Below are positions 47,574-58,855 of a DNA stretch of 64,000 nucleotides, piece by piece; positions within the stretch are counted from its first letter, which is position 1; each line of letters opens with the position of its first letter. The notes beneath the pieces are model-generated. The model was not told the DNA's origin, searched no databases, and was given only the letters and a program-made list of their open reading frames with translations. The translations under genes were made by a program, and so were the position numbers. This stretch comes from Myxococcota bacterium (GTDB lineage: Bacteria; Myxococcota_A; UBA796; SXON01): assembly GCA_040386535.1 (NCBI GenBank), contig JAZKFH010000018.1:1-64000 (forward strand), in the 5' to 3' direction.

Positions 47574-48919
47574 CCCGCCTCCTGGGCCCCACCGAGCAGC
47601 ATGCGTCGACGACCCGCGACCCGACCACCACCACCCGGGCCTTGGAGCCCGTCGTAGTGACGCGTGAGCAGCTGCGCTTCCACCTGAGCCACCGTGTCGA
47701 GCGACACACCGACCACAATCAGCAGGCCCGTGCCGCCGAAGTGGAAGGGCACCCCGTACTCGGTGATCAACAGCGTCGGAAGGATGCACACCGCGGCCAG
47801 GTACAGAGCACCCGCGCAGGTCAACCGCGTGAGGAGCCGGTCAATGTACTCGGCCGTCTGCTTGCCCGGACGAATGCCAGGGATGTAGCCGCCGTGCTTC
47901 TTGAGATTGTCCGCCACGTCCACCGGGTTGAACATCATCGCCGTGTAGAAGTAGGCGAAGAAGACGATCAACGCGATGTAAACGTAGTTGTACAGCCAGT
48001 GCCCGGGCGCAAGCGCCGAGGTGAGTGCCGTTACCGCGTCGTTCTGCCAGACCGCTCCCATCGTCGCGGGCACCATCAGCACCGAGGACGCAAAGATGGG
48101 CGGAATGACACCAGTGGTGTTCACCTTGAGCGGAAGGTGCGTGGTCTGTCCGCCATACACCCGCCGACCGACCACGCGCTTGGCGTATTGGATGGGGATG
48201 CGGCGCTGTCCACGCTCAATCCACACGATCATGCCGACCACCGCAATGACCAGCCCGAGCAGCAGCGTTGCCTGCAGCAGGTTGATCTCGCCGAGCCGAA
48301 TCTTCTGGACGAGGCTCATCACGCCGGAGGGAAGCCCCGAGACGATGCCTGCCGTAATGATGAGACTCGAGCCGTTGCCGATGCCACGCTCGGAGATCTG
48401 CTCCCCGATCCACATGACGAAGCAGCTACCCGCCGTCATGGTGATCATCGTGAGCATCCTGAAATCCCAGCCGGGATTCAGGACCACGTCCGCGTTGGCG
48501 GCCGTCTTCATCTGCTCGAGGGACACCGCAATCGCGAACGACTGCGCCACCGCGATCGCGATCGTCGCGTATCGGGTGTACTGGGTGATCTTGCCCTTCC
48601 CCTGCTGCCCTTCCTTGGAAAGGCGCTCGAGGGGGGGGAGCACGACCGTCAGCAGTTGGATGATGATGCTCGCCGTGATGTACGGCATGATGCCCAGCAC
48701 GAACACGCTGAATTGCTCCAGCGCGCCGCCACTGAACATGTCGTACAGCCCGAACATCGTGTCGCGGTTGGCACTGATGAACTCACCCAGCGCCTGGCGA
48801 TCGACACCGGGCGCGGGGATGTGCACCCCGAGCCGAAACACCGCGAGCATGCCAAGCGTGAAGAGAATCCGATTCCGGAGCTCTGGCATCGACATGATCG
48901 CGGAGAACCAGCGATTCAC
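47570..48919 (-). CDS. secY: Preprotein translocase subunit SecY
   Basis: LGIMPYITASII, GIGNG.SL, IPGIRPG, FGGT.LLI. Confidence 0.98.
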   Translation of the reverse strand: MNRWFSAIMSMPELRNRILFTLGMLAVFRLGVHIPAPGVDRQALGEFISANRDTMFGLYDMFSGGALEQFSVFVLGIMPYITASIIIQLLTVVLPPLERLSKEGQQGKGKITQYTRYATIAIAVAQSFAIAVSLEQMKTAANADVVLNPGWDFRMLTMITMTAGSCFVMWIGEQISERGIGNGSSLIITAGIVSGLPSGVMSLVQKIRLGEINLLQATLLLGLVIAVVGMIVWIERGQRRIPIQYAKRVVGRRVYGGQTTHLPLKVNTTGVIPPIFASSVLMVPATMGAVWQNDAVTALTSALAPGHWLYNYVYIALIVFFAYFYTAMMFNPVDVADNLKKHGGYIPGIRPGKQTAEYIDRLLTRLTCAGALYLAAVCILPTLLITEYGVPFHFGGTGLLIVVGVSLDTVAQVEAQLLTRHYDGLQGPGGGGRVAGRRRMLLGGAQEAG

Positions 48920-49371
48920 GCAGCATTCTCCGCGACAGTGCCACCAGCGGCCTCAATCTTGGCACGAGCGGATGCAGAGAACTTCGCGGCGCGCACCGTA
49001 AGGGCGGCCGTGAGTTCGCCGTCGCCCAGCACCTTGACGCCATCGCGCCCGATACGCGAGATGACACCTGACGCCTTGAGCGTCTTGGCATCGAGCTCGG
49101 TGCCCGCCGGGAAGGCAGACAGCTGGCCCACGTTCACCTCGGTGTAATCCTTGGCGAAGATGTTGCGGAAGCCACGCTTGGGCTGGCGGCGGAGCAGAGG
49201 GATCTGACCACCCTCGAAGCCCAGGCGCTTGCCGGAACCGGCGCGAGCCTGCTGCCCCTTGGTACCGCGACCAGCGGTCTTGCCGAGGCCGGAGCCCTGG
49301 CCGCGACCGACCCGGGTGCGAGGACGCTGTGCGCCCGGCACCGGATGCAAATTGGAGAGTTCGTCAGCCAT
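48916..49371 (-). CDS. rplO: 50S ribosomal protein L15
   Basis: RVGRGQGSGLGKTAGRG, FEGGQ. Confidence 0.98.
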   Translation of the reverse strand: MADELSNLHPVPGAQRPRTRVGRGQGSGLGKTAGRGTKGQQARAGSGKRLGFEGGQIPLLRRQPKRGFRNIFAKDYTEVNVGQLSAFPAGTELDAKTLKASGVISRIGRDGVKVLGDGELTAALTVRAAKFSASARAKIEAAGGTVAENAA

Positions 49372-49378
49372 GGAATCC

Positions 49379-49573
49379 TCAGGCGTCCGTGGACGCGACT
49401 TCCTCGACCTGAATCAGGTGGAGGACAGACTTGATCATCCCGCGGACCGCGGGAGTGTTCTCGAGCTCACGGCTCCGACCGATACGGCGGAGCCCCAAGC
49501 CCATGAGCGTAGCGCGCTGGCGTTCGGTCGTGCCGATCGAGCTACGGGAGAGGGTGACCTTCAGGCGAGACAT
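49379..49573 (-). CDS. rpmD: 50S ribosomal protein L30
   Basis: [26 protein letters not shown]. Confidence 0.95.
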   Translation of the reverse strand: MSRLKVTLSRSSIGTTERQRATLMGLGLRRIGRSRELENTPAVRGMIKSVLHLIQVEEVASTDA

Positions 49574-49584
49574 CCGAACTCCGA

Positions 49585-50154
49585 TCAGTGCTGGGCGCCC
49601 GCTCGCGCGGCCCACACACGCGAACCGACGTTGTGGTTGGCGATCACGTCGTCGAGCGGGATGCCGCGACGCGTAGCCACCTGCTCGGGAGATTCGAGCT
49701 GGTAGAGCGCGTCGAGCGTCGCACGCACGACGTTGTGAGGATTGGAGCTACCGAGGCTCTTGGTGAGCACATTGTGGTAGCCCGCCGCATCCAGGATGGC
49801 GCGGACGACCGGACCGGCGATGACGCCAGTTCCCGGGCTCGCGGGGCGGAGAAGCACCTTGCCGGCGCCGAAGGCGCCGGTGGAGATGTGCGGCACGGTA
49901 CCGTCCACGACGGGCACCTCCGCCATGCTTCCCTTCGCGCGCTCCGTAGCCTTGCGAACCGCCTCGGGTACTTCGTTGGCCTTACCGTGACCGACACCGA
50001 TCCGACCGGATCCGTTACCGACCACGACGAGGGCGCTGAAGCTGAACCTACGTCCACCCTTCACGACCTTCGCCACGCGGTTCACGTAGATGGTCTTCTC
50101 GATGAGCTGCACTTCCTCGGCAGCCTTGCGAGGGCGGGACTTCCTGCTGTTCAC
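49585..50154 (-). CDS. rpsE: 30S ribosomal protein S5
   Basis: [22 protein letters not shown]. Confidence 0.98.
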   Translation of the reverse strand: MNSRKSRPRKAAEEVQLIEKTIYVNRVAKVVKGGRRFSFSALVVVGNGSGRIGVGHGKANEVPEAVRKATERAKGSMAEVPVVDGTVPHISTGAFGAGKVLLRPASPGTGVIAGPVVRAILDAAGYHNVLTKSLGSSNPHNVVRATLDALYQLESPEQVATRRGIPLDDVIANHNVGSRVWAARAGAQH

Positions 50155-50220
50155 GTTCGACTCCGGGAGCCGTCAGCGGTGCACCGGTGCGAGACCGGCC
50201 ACCCCGACGAGTAATGGGGA

Positions 50221-50586
50221 TCAGAAATCGAGACCGGCCTCACGAGCCGAGTCGGCGAGCGCCTGCACACGACCGTGGTACAGGAAGCCGTTACGGTCGA
50301 AGACAACCTTGTCGATCGACGCCGCACGCGCACGCTCCGCGATCAACCGACCAACCGCCTTCGCGGCCTCGATGTTGCCGCGATGCCCGTCGTGACCCTC
50401 GAGCTCGGGGCTCAACGTCGAAGCGGCCACCAGCGTGGCGCCCGTCACGTCGTCAACGATCTGCGCGTACATGTGCGAAGACGTCCGGAAGACCGTCAGC
50501 CGAGGACGCTCGGTACTGCCGAACACCTTCTTACGAATGCGCTTCTTACGACGCACACGCGAATCACCAGCCTTAGCGTAAGCCAT
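50221..50586 (-). CDS. rplR: 50S ribosomal protein L18
   Basis: [22 protein letters not shown]. Confidence 0.98.
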   Translation of the reverse strand: MAYAKAGDSRVRRKKRIRKKVFGSTERPRLTVFRTSSHMYAQIVDDVTGATLVAASTLSPELEGHDGHRGNIEAAKAVGRLIAERARAASIDKVVFDRNGFLYHGRVQALADSAREAGLDF

Positions 50587-50595
50587 CTTCGACCC

Positions 50596-51135
50596 CTACT
50601 TCTTCGCCGTCTTGCCGGCCTTGAGCTTGATGTGCTCGCCTTCGTTGCGGACGCCCTTGCCCTTGTAGGCATCCGGCGACCGGAACCCACGAAGCTTGGC
50701 GGCCGTCTCGCCGACGGTCTGGCGGTCACTGCCCTTGATGCTGAGCTTGGTGCCCTTCTCCACGTCAATCGTGATGCCCGCAGGAAACGGGAACTCGATC
50801 GTGTGGCTGTAGCCGAGCGAAAGCACGAGGGTCTTGCCCTTGACTTCGCTCTTGAAGCCGACGCCCTGGATCTCAAGCCTGCGCTCGAAGCCCTTGGTGA
50901 CGCCCTGCACCATGTTGTTGACGAGTGCACGGGTGAGCCCGTGGTTCGAGCGGAACTGCCGGCTGTCATCAGCGCGCACGACCGTCAGAAGGCTGCCCTC
51001 CTGCTCAATCGAGACACCTGCTGCGACGCGCTGAGACAGCTCGCCTTTCGGCCCCTTGACCCGTACAACGCCGTCGAGGACGTTTACGGACACGCCGCTC
51101 GGCAGCGTGACGGGGAGCTTTCCAATACGAGACAT
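50596..51135 (-). CDS. rplF: 50S ribosomal protein L6
   Basis: MSRIGKLP, PDAYKGKGVR. Confidence 0.98.
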   Translation of the reverse strand: MSRIGKLPVTLPSGVSVNVLDGVVRVKGPKGELSQRVAAGVSIEQEGSLLTVVRADDSRQFRSNHGLTRALVNNMVQGVTKGFERRLEIQGVGFKSEVKGKTLVLSLGYSHTIEFPFPAGITIDVEKGTKLSIKGSDRQTVGETAAKLRGFRSPDAYKGKGVRNEGEHIKLKAGKTAKK

Positions 51136-51160
51136 CGTAGATTCCTCGCGGAAGGTATCG

Positions 51161-51559
51161 CTACCAGACGTAGCAGAGGACTTCCCCGCCGACGCCCGCG
51201 GTGCGAGCCGCCCGGTCGGAGAGGACACCCTGCGGGGTGGTCAGGATGGCGAGGCCGAGGCCGTTTCGCACGCGAGGAATCTCATCCTTGCCGACGTAGA
51301 AACGACGGCTCGGTGAACTCACGCGCTTGAGGCCCTGAATGACGCCTTGCTTGCCGCCATCGTACTTGAGGAAGATTTTAATCGTCCCCTTCGCGTCGGT
51401 GGGGCTATCGATGAATCCCTCAACAAAGCCTTCGCTCTTGAGGATCTTCACCAGTTCGAGCTTGAGCTTCGAACGAGGCACCACCACGCTGGCGTGACGC
51501 GCCTGAATGGCGTTGCGGATCCGCGTAAGCAGATCAGCAATGGGATCGGTCATGGACAT
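51161..51559 (-). CDS. rpsH: 30S ribosomal protein S8
   Basis: DPIADLLTRIRN, GGEVLCYVW. Confidence 0.98.
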   Translation of the reverse strand: MSMTDPIADLLTRIRNAIQARHASVVVPRSKLKLELVKILKSEGFVEGFIDSPTDAKGTIKIFLKYDGGKQGVIQGLKRVSSPSRRFYVGKDEIPRVRNGLGLAILTTPQGVLSDRAARTAGVGGEVLCYVW

Positions 51560-51578
51560 GGGTTCGCTCCCGCTCTGC

Positions 51579-51764
51579 CTACCAGCTGGCCTTCATGACA
51601 CCGGGGATTTCGCCCTTGAGCGAAAGCGACCGGAAGCAGATACGGCACATGTTGAACTTGCGAAGGAAAGCACGCGGCCGCCCACAGAGGGGGCAACGGT
51701 TCTTCTGGCGCACCGCGAACTTGGGCGTACGCTTGGCGCGCGCGATTTGCGACTTCTTAGCCAC
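51579..51764 (-). CDS. rpsN: 30S ribosomal protein S14 type Z (Zn-binding)
   Basis: 61 aa, [28 protein letters not shown] start. Confidence 0.96.
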   Translation of the reverse strand: MAKKSQIARAKRTPKFAVRQKNRCPLCGRPRAFLRKFNMCRICFRSLSLKGEIPGVMKASW

Positions 51765-51775
51765 TGTTTCCTCCC

Positions 51776-52321
51776 TTACTGCCGGAACGGGATGCCGATC
51801 GAACGGAGCAGGGCCCGCCCTTCGACATCGTTCTCGGCGGTGGTGACGAACGCGATGTTCATCCCGGTCACCTTCGACACGCGGTCGTAGTTGATCTCGG
51901 GAAAGATGATCTGTTCGGTGACGCCCAACGAGTAGTTCCCGCGGCCGTCGAAGGCCTTGGGGTTCACACCACGGAAGTCGCGCACGCGCGGCAACGAGAT
52001 GTGAATCAGGCGGTCGAGGAACTCCCACATGCGCGCGCCACGCAACGTCACGCGCGCACCGATGGGCATTCCCTCACGAAGTTTGAAGTTAGCGATCGAC
52101 TTGCGGGCGCGCCGGATCTGGGCCTTCTGGCCGGTGATCAGGGCGAGCTCCTCCGCCGCGGTCTCGAGAAGCTTCACGTTTTGCGTGGCTTCCTTGATCG
52201 AGGCGTTGAGTACAATCTTCTCGAGGCGGGGCACCTTCATCACGTTGGAATACCCGAACTCCGTGAGGAGCGCGGGCACCACCGACGTGTGGTAGTGCTT
52301 CTTGAGGCGGGTGTCGGCCAT
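51776..52321 (-). CDS. rplE: 50S ribosomal protein L5
   Basis: [26 protein letters not shown]. Confidence 0.98.
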   Translation of the reverse strand: MADTRLKKHYHTSVVPALLTEFGYSNVMKVPRLEKIVLNASIKEATQNVKLLETAAEELALITGQKAQIRRARKSIANFKLREGMPIGARVTLRGARMWEFLDRLIHISLPRVRDFRGVNPKAFDGRGNYSLGVTEQIIFPEINYDRVSKVTGMNIAFVTTAENDVEGRALLRSIGIPFRQ

Positions 52322-52333
52322 GACTCTATCTCC

Positions 52334-52651
52334 TCAGACCGTGGCGCCGGTCTTCCGGTCGACGCGCACCTTGGTGCCGTCTTCCTGGACCTTGTAGCCA
52401 ACCTTGACGCGACGACCCTCGGTAGCGTTCCACAGCGCGACGTTCGACACGTCGATCGCTGCTTCCTTCTCGACGATCGAACCTGCCTGCTGGCCCTGGG
52501 CCTTCACGTGGCGCTTGACCATCGCGACGCCCTCGACAACCAGGCGATTGTCCTCCGGCAACACGCGCAAGACCTTGCCGATCTTGCCCTTGTTCTTGCC
52601 GGAGATGACGACGACATTGTCGTCGCGGCGAATCTTCAACTTGGTCTTCAT
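52334..52651 (-). CDS. rplX: 50S ribosomal protein L24
   Basis: KOW motif [24 protein letters not shown]. Confidence 0.97.
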   Translation of the reverse strand: MKTKLKIRRDDNVVVISGKNKGKIGKVLRVLPEDNRLVVEGVAMVKRHVKAQGQQAGSIVEKEAAIDVSNVALWNATEGRRVKVGYKVQEDGTKVRVDRKTGATV

Positions 52652-53019
52652 CACAGCACCTCAGGGGCCAGTGCCACGATCTTCATGTACTGACGGCCGC
52701 GAAGCTCGCGTGCCACAGGCCCGAAGATGCGGGTTCCCACCGGCTCACCCTTACTGTCGATCAGAACTGCGGAGTTCGTATCGAAACGGATGTAGGTCCC
52801 GTCGGCGCGGCGAATTTCCTTCGCGGTGCGAACGATGACGGCCTTGTGCACGTCACCCTTCTTGACCTTGCCGTTGGGGATGGCTTCCTTCACACTTACG
52901 ACGATGATGTCGCCGATGGAAGCGTACTTGCGCTTGCTTCCGCCGAGCACCTTGATGCACTGGACCCGGCGCGCGCCGGAGTTGTCCGCTACATCGAGGT
53001 TGGATTGCATCTGGATCAT
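52651..53019 (-). CDS. rplN: 50S ribosomal protein L14
   Basis: [25 protein letters not shown]. Confidence 0.98.
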   Translation of the reverse strand: MIQMQSNLDVADNSGARRVQCIKVLGGSKRKYASIGDIIVVSVKEAIPNGKVKKGDVHKAVIVRTAKEIRRADGTYIRFDTNSAVLIDSKGEPVGTRIFGPVARELRGRQYMKIVALAPEVL

Positions 53020-53041
53020 GGTCTAGTCCTCCCGGCGCCGT

Positions 53042-53308
53042 TCAGGACTGCGCCGGAATGCGCTCGACCAGAGTCCAGCGCTTGTGGCGGGACAGCGGCC
53101 GGCATTCCTCGATGATCACCACGTCGTCGACGTTGCAGGAATTCTGCTCGTCGTGCGCCTGGAAGGTGCGCATGCGCGTGATGTACTTGCGGTACTTCTT
53201 GTGCTTCACGGTACGCTCGACCGCGACCACGATGGTCTTATCCATCTTGCTGGACACGACCTTACCGCGCACCTGGCGGCGACGGCCAGTGGAGTTCTCG
53301 TCCGACAT
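53042..53308 (-). CDS. rpsQ: 30S ribosomal protein S17
   Basis: [25 protein letters not shown]. Confidence 0.97.
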   Translation of the reverse strand: MSDENSTGRRRQVRGKVVSSKMDKTIVVAVERTVKHKKYRKYITRMRTFQAHDEQNSCNVDDVVIIEECRPLSRHKRWTLVERIPAQS

Positions 53309-53425
53309 CTCTCACCTATTGAGCCCGGACAAGCCGGTATTTGAAGAGGACGCCGCGGGTCTCCACTTCCGTGGACGCCGCGGTGGGGCAAGGCGCTTTT
53401 GACGCCCCGCCCGGAGACTCACCTA

Positions 53426-53749
53426 TTAGTCTACCGACTCGCGGCTGTCAAGAATCCCTTTGAGGAAGTCGTCGCCAGCTCCACCTTCCGCAGCTGCGCC
53501 ACGGACGGGGGTGAAGGAAGAGCGATGACGAGCCTTGAGGGACCCGCGCTGCAAGCCGGCATCACGCTCGCGCGAGACGAGAAGCGTCTGCGCACGCGCG
53601 ATGTCGCGACGGGTGTTCTTCAGGACGCTGGTGTTCTCGAGCTGTCCGAGACGATGACGGAACGTGTGTGCCATCATCGTACGTTCGAGCTCGAGCTCCT
53701 TGTGCACGAGGGCCTCGTCGCCGAGGCTCGCGAGTTCGTCGATCTTCAT
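53426..53749 (-). CDS. rpmC: 50S ribosomal protein L29 with C-terminal extension
   Basis: [21 protein letters not shown], located between rplP and rpsQ. Confidence 0.92.
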   Translation of the reverse strand: MKIDELASLGDEALVHKELELERTMMAHTFRHRLGQLENTSVLKNTRRDIARAQTLLVSRERDAGLQRGSLKARHRSSFTPVRGAAAEGGAGDDFLKGILDSRESVD

Positions 53750-54165
53750 CCGATCACCTCTTCCCGCTTGATGACGCGGGTGTGAAGGGGGAGCTTGTGA
53801 CCAGCGAGGCGCAGTGCCTCTCGTGCCACTTCTTCGGGAACGCCCTCGAGCTCGTAGAGCACGCGACCGGGACGCACGACGGCGACCCAGTACTCGGGAG
53901 CTCCCTTGCCCGTACCCATTCGGGTCTCGGCGGGCTTCTTCGTGACCGGCTTGTCCGGGAACACGCGGATCCAGATCTTGCCGCCGCGCTTCACGTGGCG
54001 GGTGAGCGCAATTCGCGCCGCCTCGATCTGCCGGGAGGTGAGCCAGCCCGACGTAACGGCCTGAAGGCCGTAATCGCCGAAGCTCACGTCACCGCCCCGA
54101 TAGGCAAGACCGCGCGTACGGCCCTTCTGGACCTTGCGGAACTTTACTCGCTTGGGGGAAAGCAT
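53746..54165 (-). CDS. rplP: 50S ribosomal protein L16
   Basis: [18 protein letters not shown]. Confidence 0.98.
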   Translation of the reverse strand: MLSPKRVKFRKVQKGRTRGLAYRGGDVSFGDYGLQAVTSGWLTSRQIEAARIALTRHVKRGGKIWIRVFPDKPVTKKPAETRMGTGKGAPEYWVAVVRPGRVLYELEGVPEEVAREALRLAGHKLPLHTRVIKREEVIG

Positions 54166-54204
54166 TGTCTACCTCTGCTGCCGCGTAGGGTCAGAGCGAA
54201 GGGG

Positions 54205-54852
54205 TCAGAGCGAACGGTCTTCGTCGCCGGGCATGATCTCGCCCTTGAAGATCCAGACCTTGACGCCGATTACGCCATAGGTGGTGCGGGCTTCGGCCAG
54301 GCCGTAGTCCACGTCGGCACGAAGCGTGTGAAGGGGAACGCGGCCCTCGCGGTACCACTCGGTGCGGCTCATCTCCGCGCCGCCGAGGCGGCCGGAGCAC
54401 ATCACCTTGATGCCCTTGGCGCCGGCCTTCTTGGACTGCTGCATCGCCTTCTTCATCGCGCGACGGAAGCTGACACGCTTCTCGAGTTGCGCCGCGATGT
54501 TCTCGGCGACCAGGAGCGCGTCCGTGTCGACCTTGCGCACTTCCATGACGTTGAGGAAAACCTCCGTCTGGACGAGCTTCTGCAGGTCGATACGGAGCTG
54601 GTCGAGACCACGCGCCCGCTTGTCGATGATCACCCCGGGCTTCGCCGCGTGGATGTAGACCTTCGCCTTGTTCGCGGCACGCTCGATGCGGATCTTGCTC
54701 ACGCCGGCGACGTAGAGCTTCTCCTTGAGGTACCGACGAATCTGGATGTCTTCGTGGAGGAAGCGCTGATAGTCGCGCTCGGCGAACCACTTGGACTCCC
54801 AGGGCCGCGTGATACCGACGCGGAAGCCGATCGGATTGACCTTCTGTCCCAT
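54205..54852 (-). CDS. rpsC: 30S ribosomal protein S3
   Basis: [29 protein letters not shown]. Confidence 0.98.
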   Translation of the reverse strand: MGQKVNPIGFRVGITRPWESKWFAERDYQRFLHEDIQIRRYLKEKLYVAGVSKIRIERAANKAKVYIHAAKPGVIIDKRARGLDQLRIDLQKLVQTEVFLNVMEVRKVDTDALLVAENIAAQLEKRVSFRRAMKKAMQQSKKAGAKGIKVMCSGRLGGAEMSRTEWYREGRVPLHTLRADVDYGLAEARTTYGVIGVKVWIFKGEIMPGDEDRSL

Positions 54853-54861
54853 GGGGAACTC

Positions 54862-55209
54862 CTAACGGACGTCGAGAACGACAGTGATGTGGGCGGTCTT
54901 CTTCTGGATCGGGGTGGCCCGGCCCTGCGCGCGCGGGCGAAACCGCCGAAGCATCGCGCCCTGGTCGACGTGAATGGTCTTCACGTACAGACCGTCGATG
55001 TCCAGCTGCCGGCTCGCCCGCCCGGCGGCGTGCTCGGCGTTGGCCATCGCAGATTCGACGAGCCGCTTGATCATCGGCGCCGTCTTCTTGGGAAGGAACG
55101 AAAGGATCTCCAGAGCCTCACCCGCGCCGCGGCCACGGATCAGGTCAGCGACCAGACGTGCCTTCTGGGGGGAGACTCGGGCGAACCGAAGGATGGCAGT
55201 CGATTCCAT
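54862..55209 (-). CDS. rplV: 50S ribosomal protein L22
   Basis: SPQKARLVADLIRG, RPRAQGRA. Confidence 0.97.
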   Translation of the reverse strand: MESTAILRFARVSPQKARLVADLIRGRGAGEALEILSFLPKKTAPMIKRLVESAMANAEHAAGRASRQLDIDGLYVKTIHVDQGAMLRRFRPRAQGRATPIQKKTAHITVVLDVR

Positions 55210-55266
55210 GGACTCACTCGATGGTGGCCGCCAGTCCACGTGGACCGGCGCCGACCGGAAACAGGT

Positions 55267-55542
55267 TCAGCGGACCTTGGTCTTTCGGTCCGCGGCGTGC
55301 CCGTAGAAGGTACGCGTCGCCGCGAACTCCCCGAACTTGTGCCCGACCATGTTCTCCGAGACGTACACCGGGACGAACTTCTTGCCGTTGTGCACGGCGA
55401 AGGTCAGCCCGATGAAGTCAGGGATCACCGTGGAGCGACGGCTCCACGTCTTGATCACGCGGCCACCGCCAGCACGAGCAGCTGCGGCCTTGGCGATGAG
55501 GTACTGGTCGACGAACGGACCTTTCTTTACGGAACGCGCCAT
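55267..55542 (-). CDS. rpsS: 30S ribosomal protein S19
   Basis: [24 protein letters not shown]. Confidence 0.98.
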   Translation of the reverse strand: MARSVKKGPFVDQYLIAKAAAARAGGGRVIKTWSRRSTVIPDFIGLTFAVHNGKKFVPVYVSENMVGHKFGEFAATRTFYGHAADRKTKVR

Positions 55543-55551
55543 GGCTTCTCC

Positions 55552-56379
55552 CTACTTCTCACGCCGCTTGACGATGAACCGGCCGGACGGCTTCTTCCGG
55601 GACCGGGTCTTGTAGCCCTTGGTGGGCTTGCCCCATGGCGTAACTGGATGACGACCGCCCTTGGTGCGACCCTCGCCACCACCGTGCGGGTGGTCGATCG
55701 GGTTCATGGCGGTACCGCGAACGGCCGGGCGGTAACCCAACCAGCGCGCACGACCGGCCTTGCCGAGGACTGCGTTCTCGTGCTCGAGGTTGCCGACCTG
55801 CCCCACCGTCGCGTGGCACTCGGCCAACACGTTGCGGAGCTCGCCGGAGGGGAGGCGGAGAAGGACGTACTTGCCTTCCTTCGCCATCACCTGCGCGAAG
55901 CAGCCCGCCGAGCGGCAGATCTGCCCGCCGCGCCCGACCTTGAGCTCGACGTTGTGCACGAACGTACCGAGCGGGATCGCCGTGAGGCGCATCGCGTTGC
56001 CCGGCTTGATGTCCGCGGCGTCGCTCGCGACCACCGCATCACCGACGTTGATCCCGACCGGCGCGATGATGTAGCGCTTCTCGCCGTCCACATAGTGGAC
56101 GAGGGCGATGCGGGCGCTGCGGTTCGGATCGTACTCGATCGTCGCCACTGTTCCCGGCACTTCCATCTTGTCGCGGCGGAAGTCGATCACGCGGTAGCGG
56201 CGCTTGTGCCCGCCGCCCATATGACGCGACGTCATACGGCCCATGTTGTTGCGACCACCGGTGCGGCGGATCGGCTCCGTCAGCGCGCGGTGCGGGCTTT
56301 CCGCCGTCAGTTCCGCGAAGTCCGCGGTGACGAGGAAGCGGCGGCCCGGCGTATTGGCGCTGTAGCGCTTGGTACCCAT
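55552..56379 (-). CDS. rplB: 50S ribosomal protein L2
   Basis: [22 protein letters not shown]. Confidence 0.99.
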   Translation of the reverse strand: MGTKRYSANTPGRRFLVTADFAELTAESPHRALTEPIRRTGGRNNMGRMTSRHMGGGHKRRYRVIDFRRDKMEVPGTVATIEYDPNRSARIALVHYVDGEKRYIIAPVGINVGDAVVASDAADIKPGNAMRLTAIPLGTFVHNVELKVGRGGQICRSAGCFAQVMAKEGKYVLLRLPSGELRNVLAECHATVGQVGNLEHENAVLGKAGRARWLGYRPAVRGTAMNPIDHPHGGGEGRTKGGRHPVTPWGKPTKGYKTRSRKKPSGRFIVKRREK

Positions 56380-56380
56380 C

Positions 56381-56668
56381 TCAGGCCTCGAAGAAGTTGA
56401 GGGTGTGGCCAGACGCGAGCTTCACGTAGGCCTTCTTCCAGTTCGAACGCTTCCCGTAGAAGCGACCGAACCGCTTGAACTTACCGCGCACGCGCACCGT
56501 GCGAACATCCTCAACCTTGACGTTGAAGAAGCGCTCGATGGCCTGCTTGATCTCGTGCTTGTTCGCCGTCTCGCCGACCTCGAACACGTAGGTGTTCTCG
56601 GCGGCTTCGGCGGCGGCCGCCTTCTCGGTCACGAGAGGGCGGAGGATGATGTCGTGAAGCTCAGCCAT
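56381..56668 (-). CDS. rplW: 50S ribosomal protein L23
   Basis: [15 protein letters not shown]. Confidence 0.97.
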   Translation of the reverse strand: MAELHDIILRPLVTEKAAAAEAAENTYVFEVGETANKHEIKQAIERFFNVKVEDVRTVRVRGKFKRFGRFYGKRSNWKKAYVKLASGHTLNFFEA

Positions 56669-56671
56669 GAC

Positions 56672-57295
56672 TCACCTCGTCAGGCGCTCGACGATCGGGG
56701 CGATCGCGGGCGCGGTGAGAGCGATGTTGCGGTGCCGGAGGATGTCGTAGACATTCAGACCGGCAACGGGGAGGACGGTGACGCCCGGGATGTTGCGGGA
56801 CGCCAGACGGACCGCGAGGTCCTCGTGCGGCACCACCAACAGGAGGCTCTCGAAACCGAAGCTCTCGAGGAAGGTGCGGAAGTGCTTGGTCTTCACTTCG
56901 GGCATCGCAACCTGGTCGAGCACGTAGAGCGCCTGCTCGCCGAGACGGCGAGAAAGAGCGCTACGCAGCGCCGCGCGGCGCACCTTCTTCGGCAGCTGGA
57001 ACGCGTGGCTGCGGGGATGCGGTCCGAAGACCACACCACCGCCGCGCCAGTGCGGCGCCCGCGAGGAGCCCTGACGGGCCCGACCGGTGCCCTTCTGGCG
57101 CCAGGGCTTCTTACCACCGCCCGCGACCATGGCGCGCTGCTTGGTAGCATGCGTGCCTGAGCGCCGGGCGGCGAGCTGATAGCGGACGACCATGTGAAAG
57201 AGATGCTCTTTCACGTCGGTCGAGAAGACCCGTTCGTCCAGCTCGACAGTGCCGAGCTTCTCACGGGAAGAATTGTACAGATCAACCACAGGCAT
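56672..57295 (-). CDS. rplD: 50S ribosomal protein L4
   Basis: KPWRQKGTGRARQGS, WRGGGVVFGP. AGGAGG RBS before ATG 57295. Confidence 0.98.
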   Translation of the reverse strand: MPVVDLYNSSREKLGTVELDERVFSTDVKEHLFHMVVRYQLAARRSGTHATKQRAMVAGGGKKPWRQKGTGRARQGSSRAPHWRGGGVVFGPHPRSHAFQLPKKVRRAALRSALSRRLGEQALYVLDQVAMPEVKTKHFRTFLESFGFESLLLVVPHEDLAVRLASRNIPGVTVLPVAGLNVYDILRHRNIALTAPAIAPIVERLTR

Positions 57296-57324
57296 GAATG
57301 CCTCCTGTTCCCACGAGACGACGC

Positions 57325-57639
<315 letters not shown>

Positions 57640-57648
57640 TGGTCTTCC

Positions 57649-58839
<1,191 letters not shown>

Positions 58840-58855
58840 GGTGGTCCCCTTGGAT

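Noticed and set aside
54188..54214. 13-bp duplication GGGTCAGAGCGAA at the rpsC stop
   Set aside because: A small slippage duplication that does not alter either reading frame.
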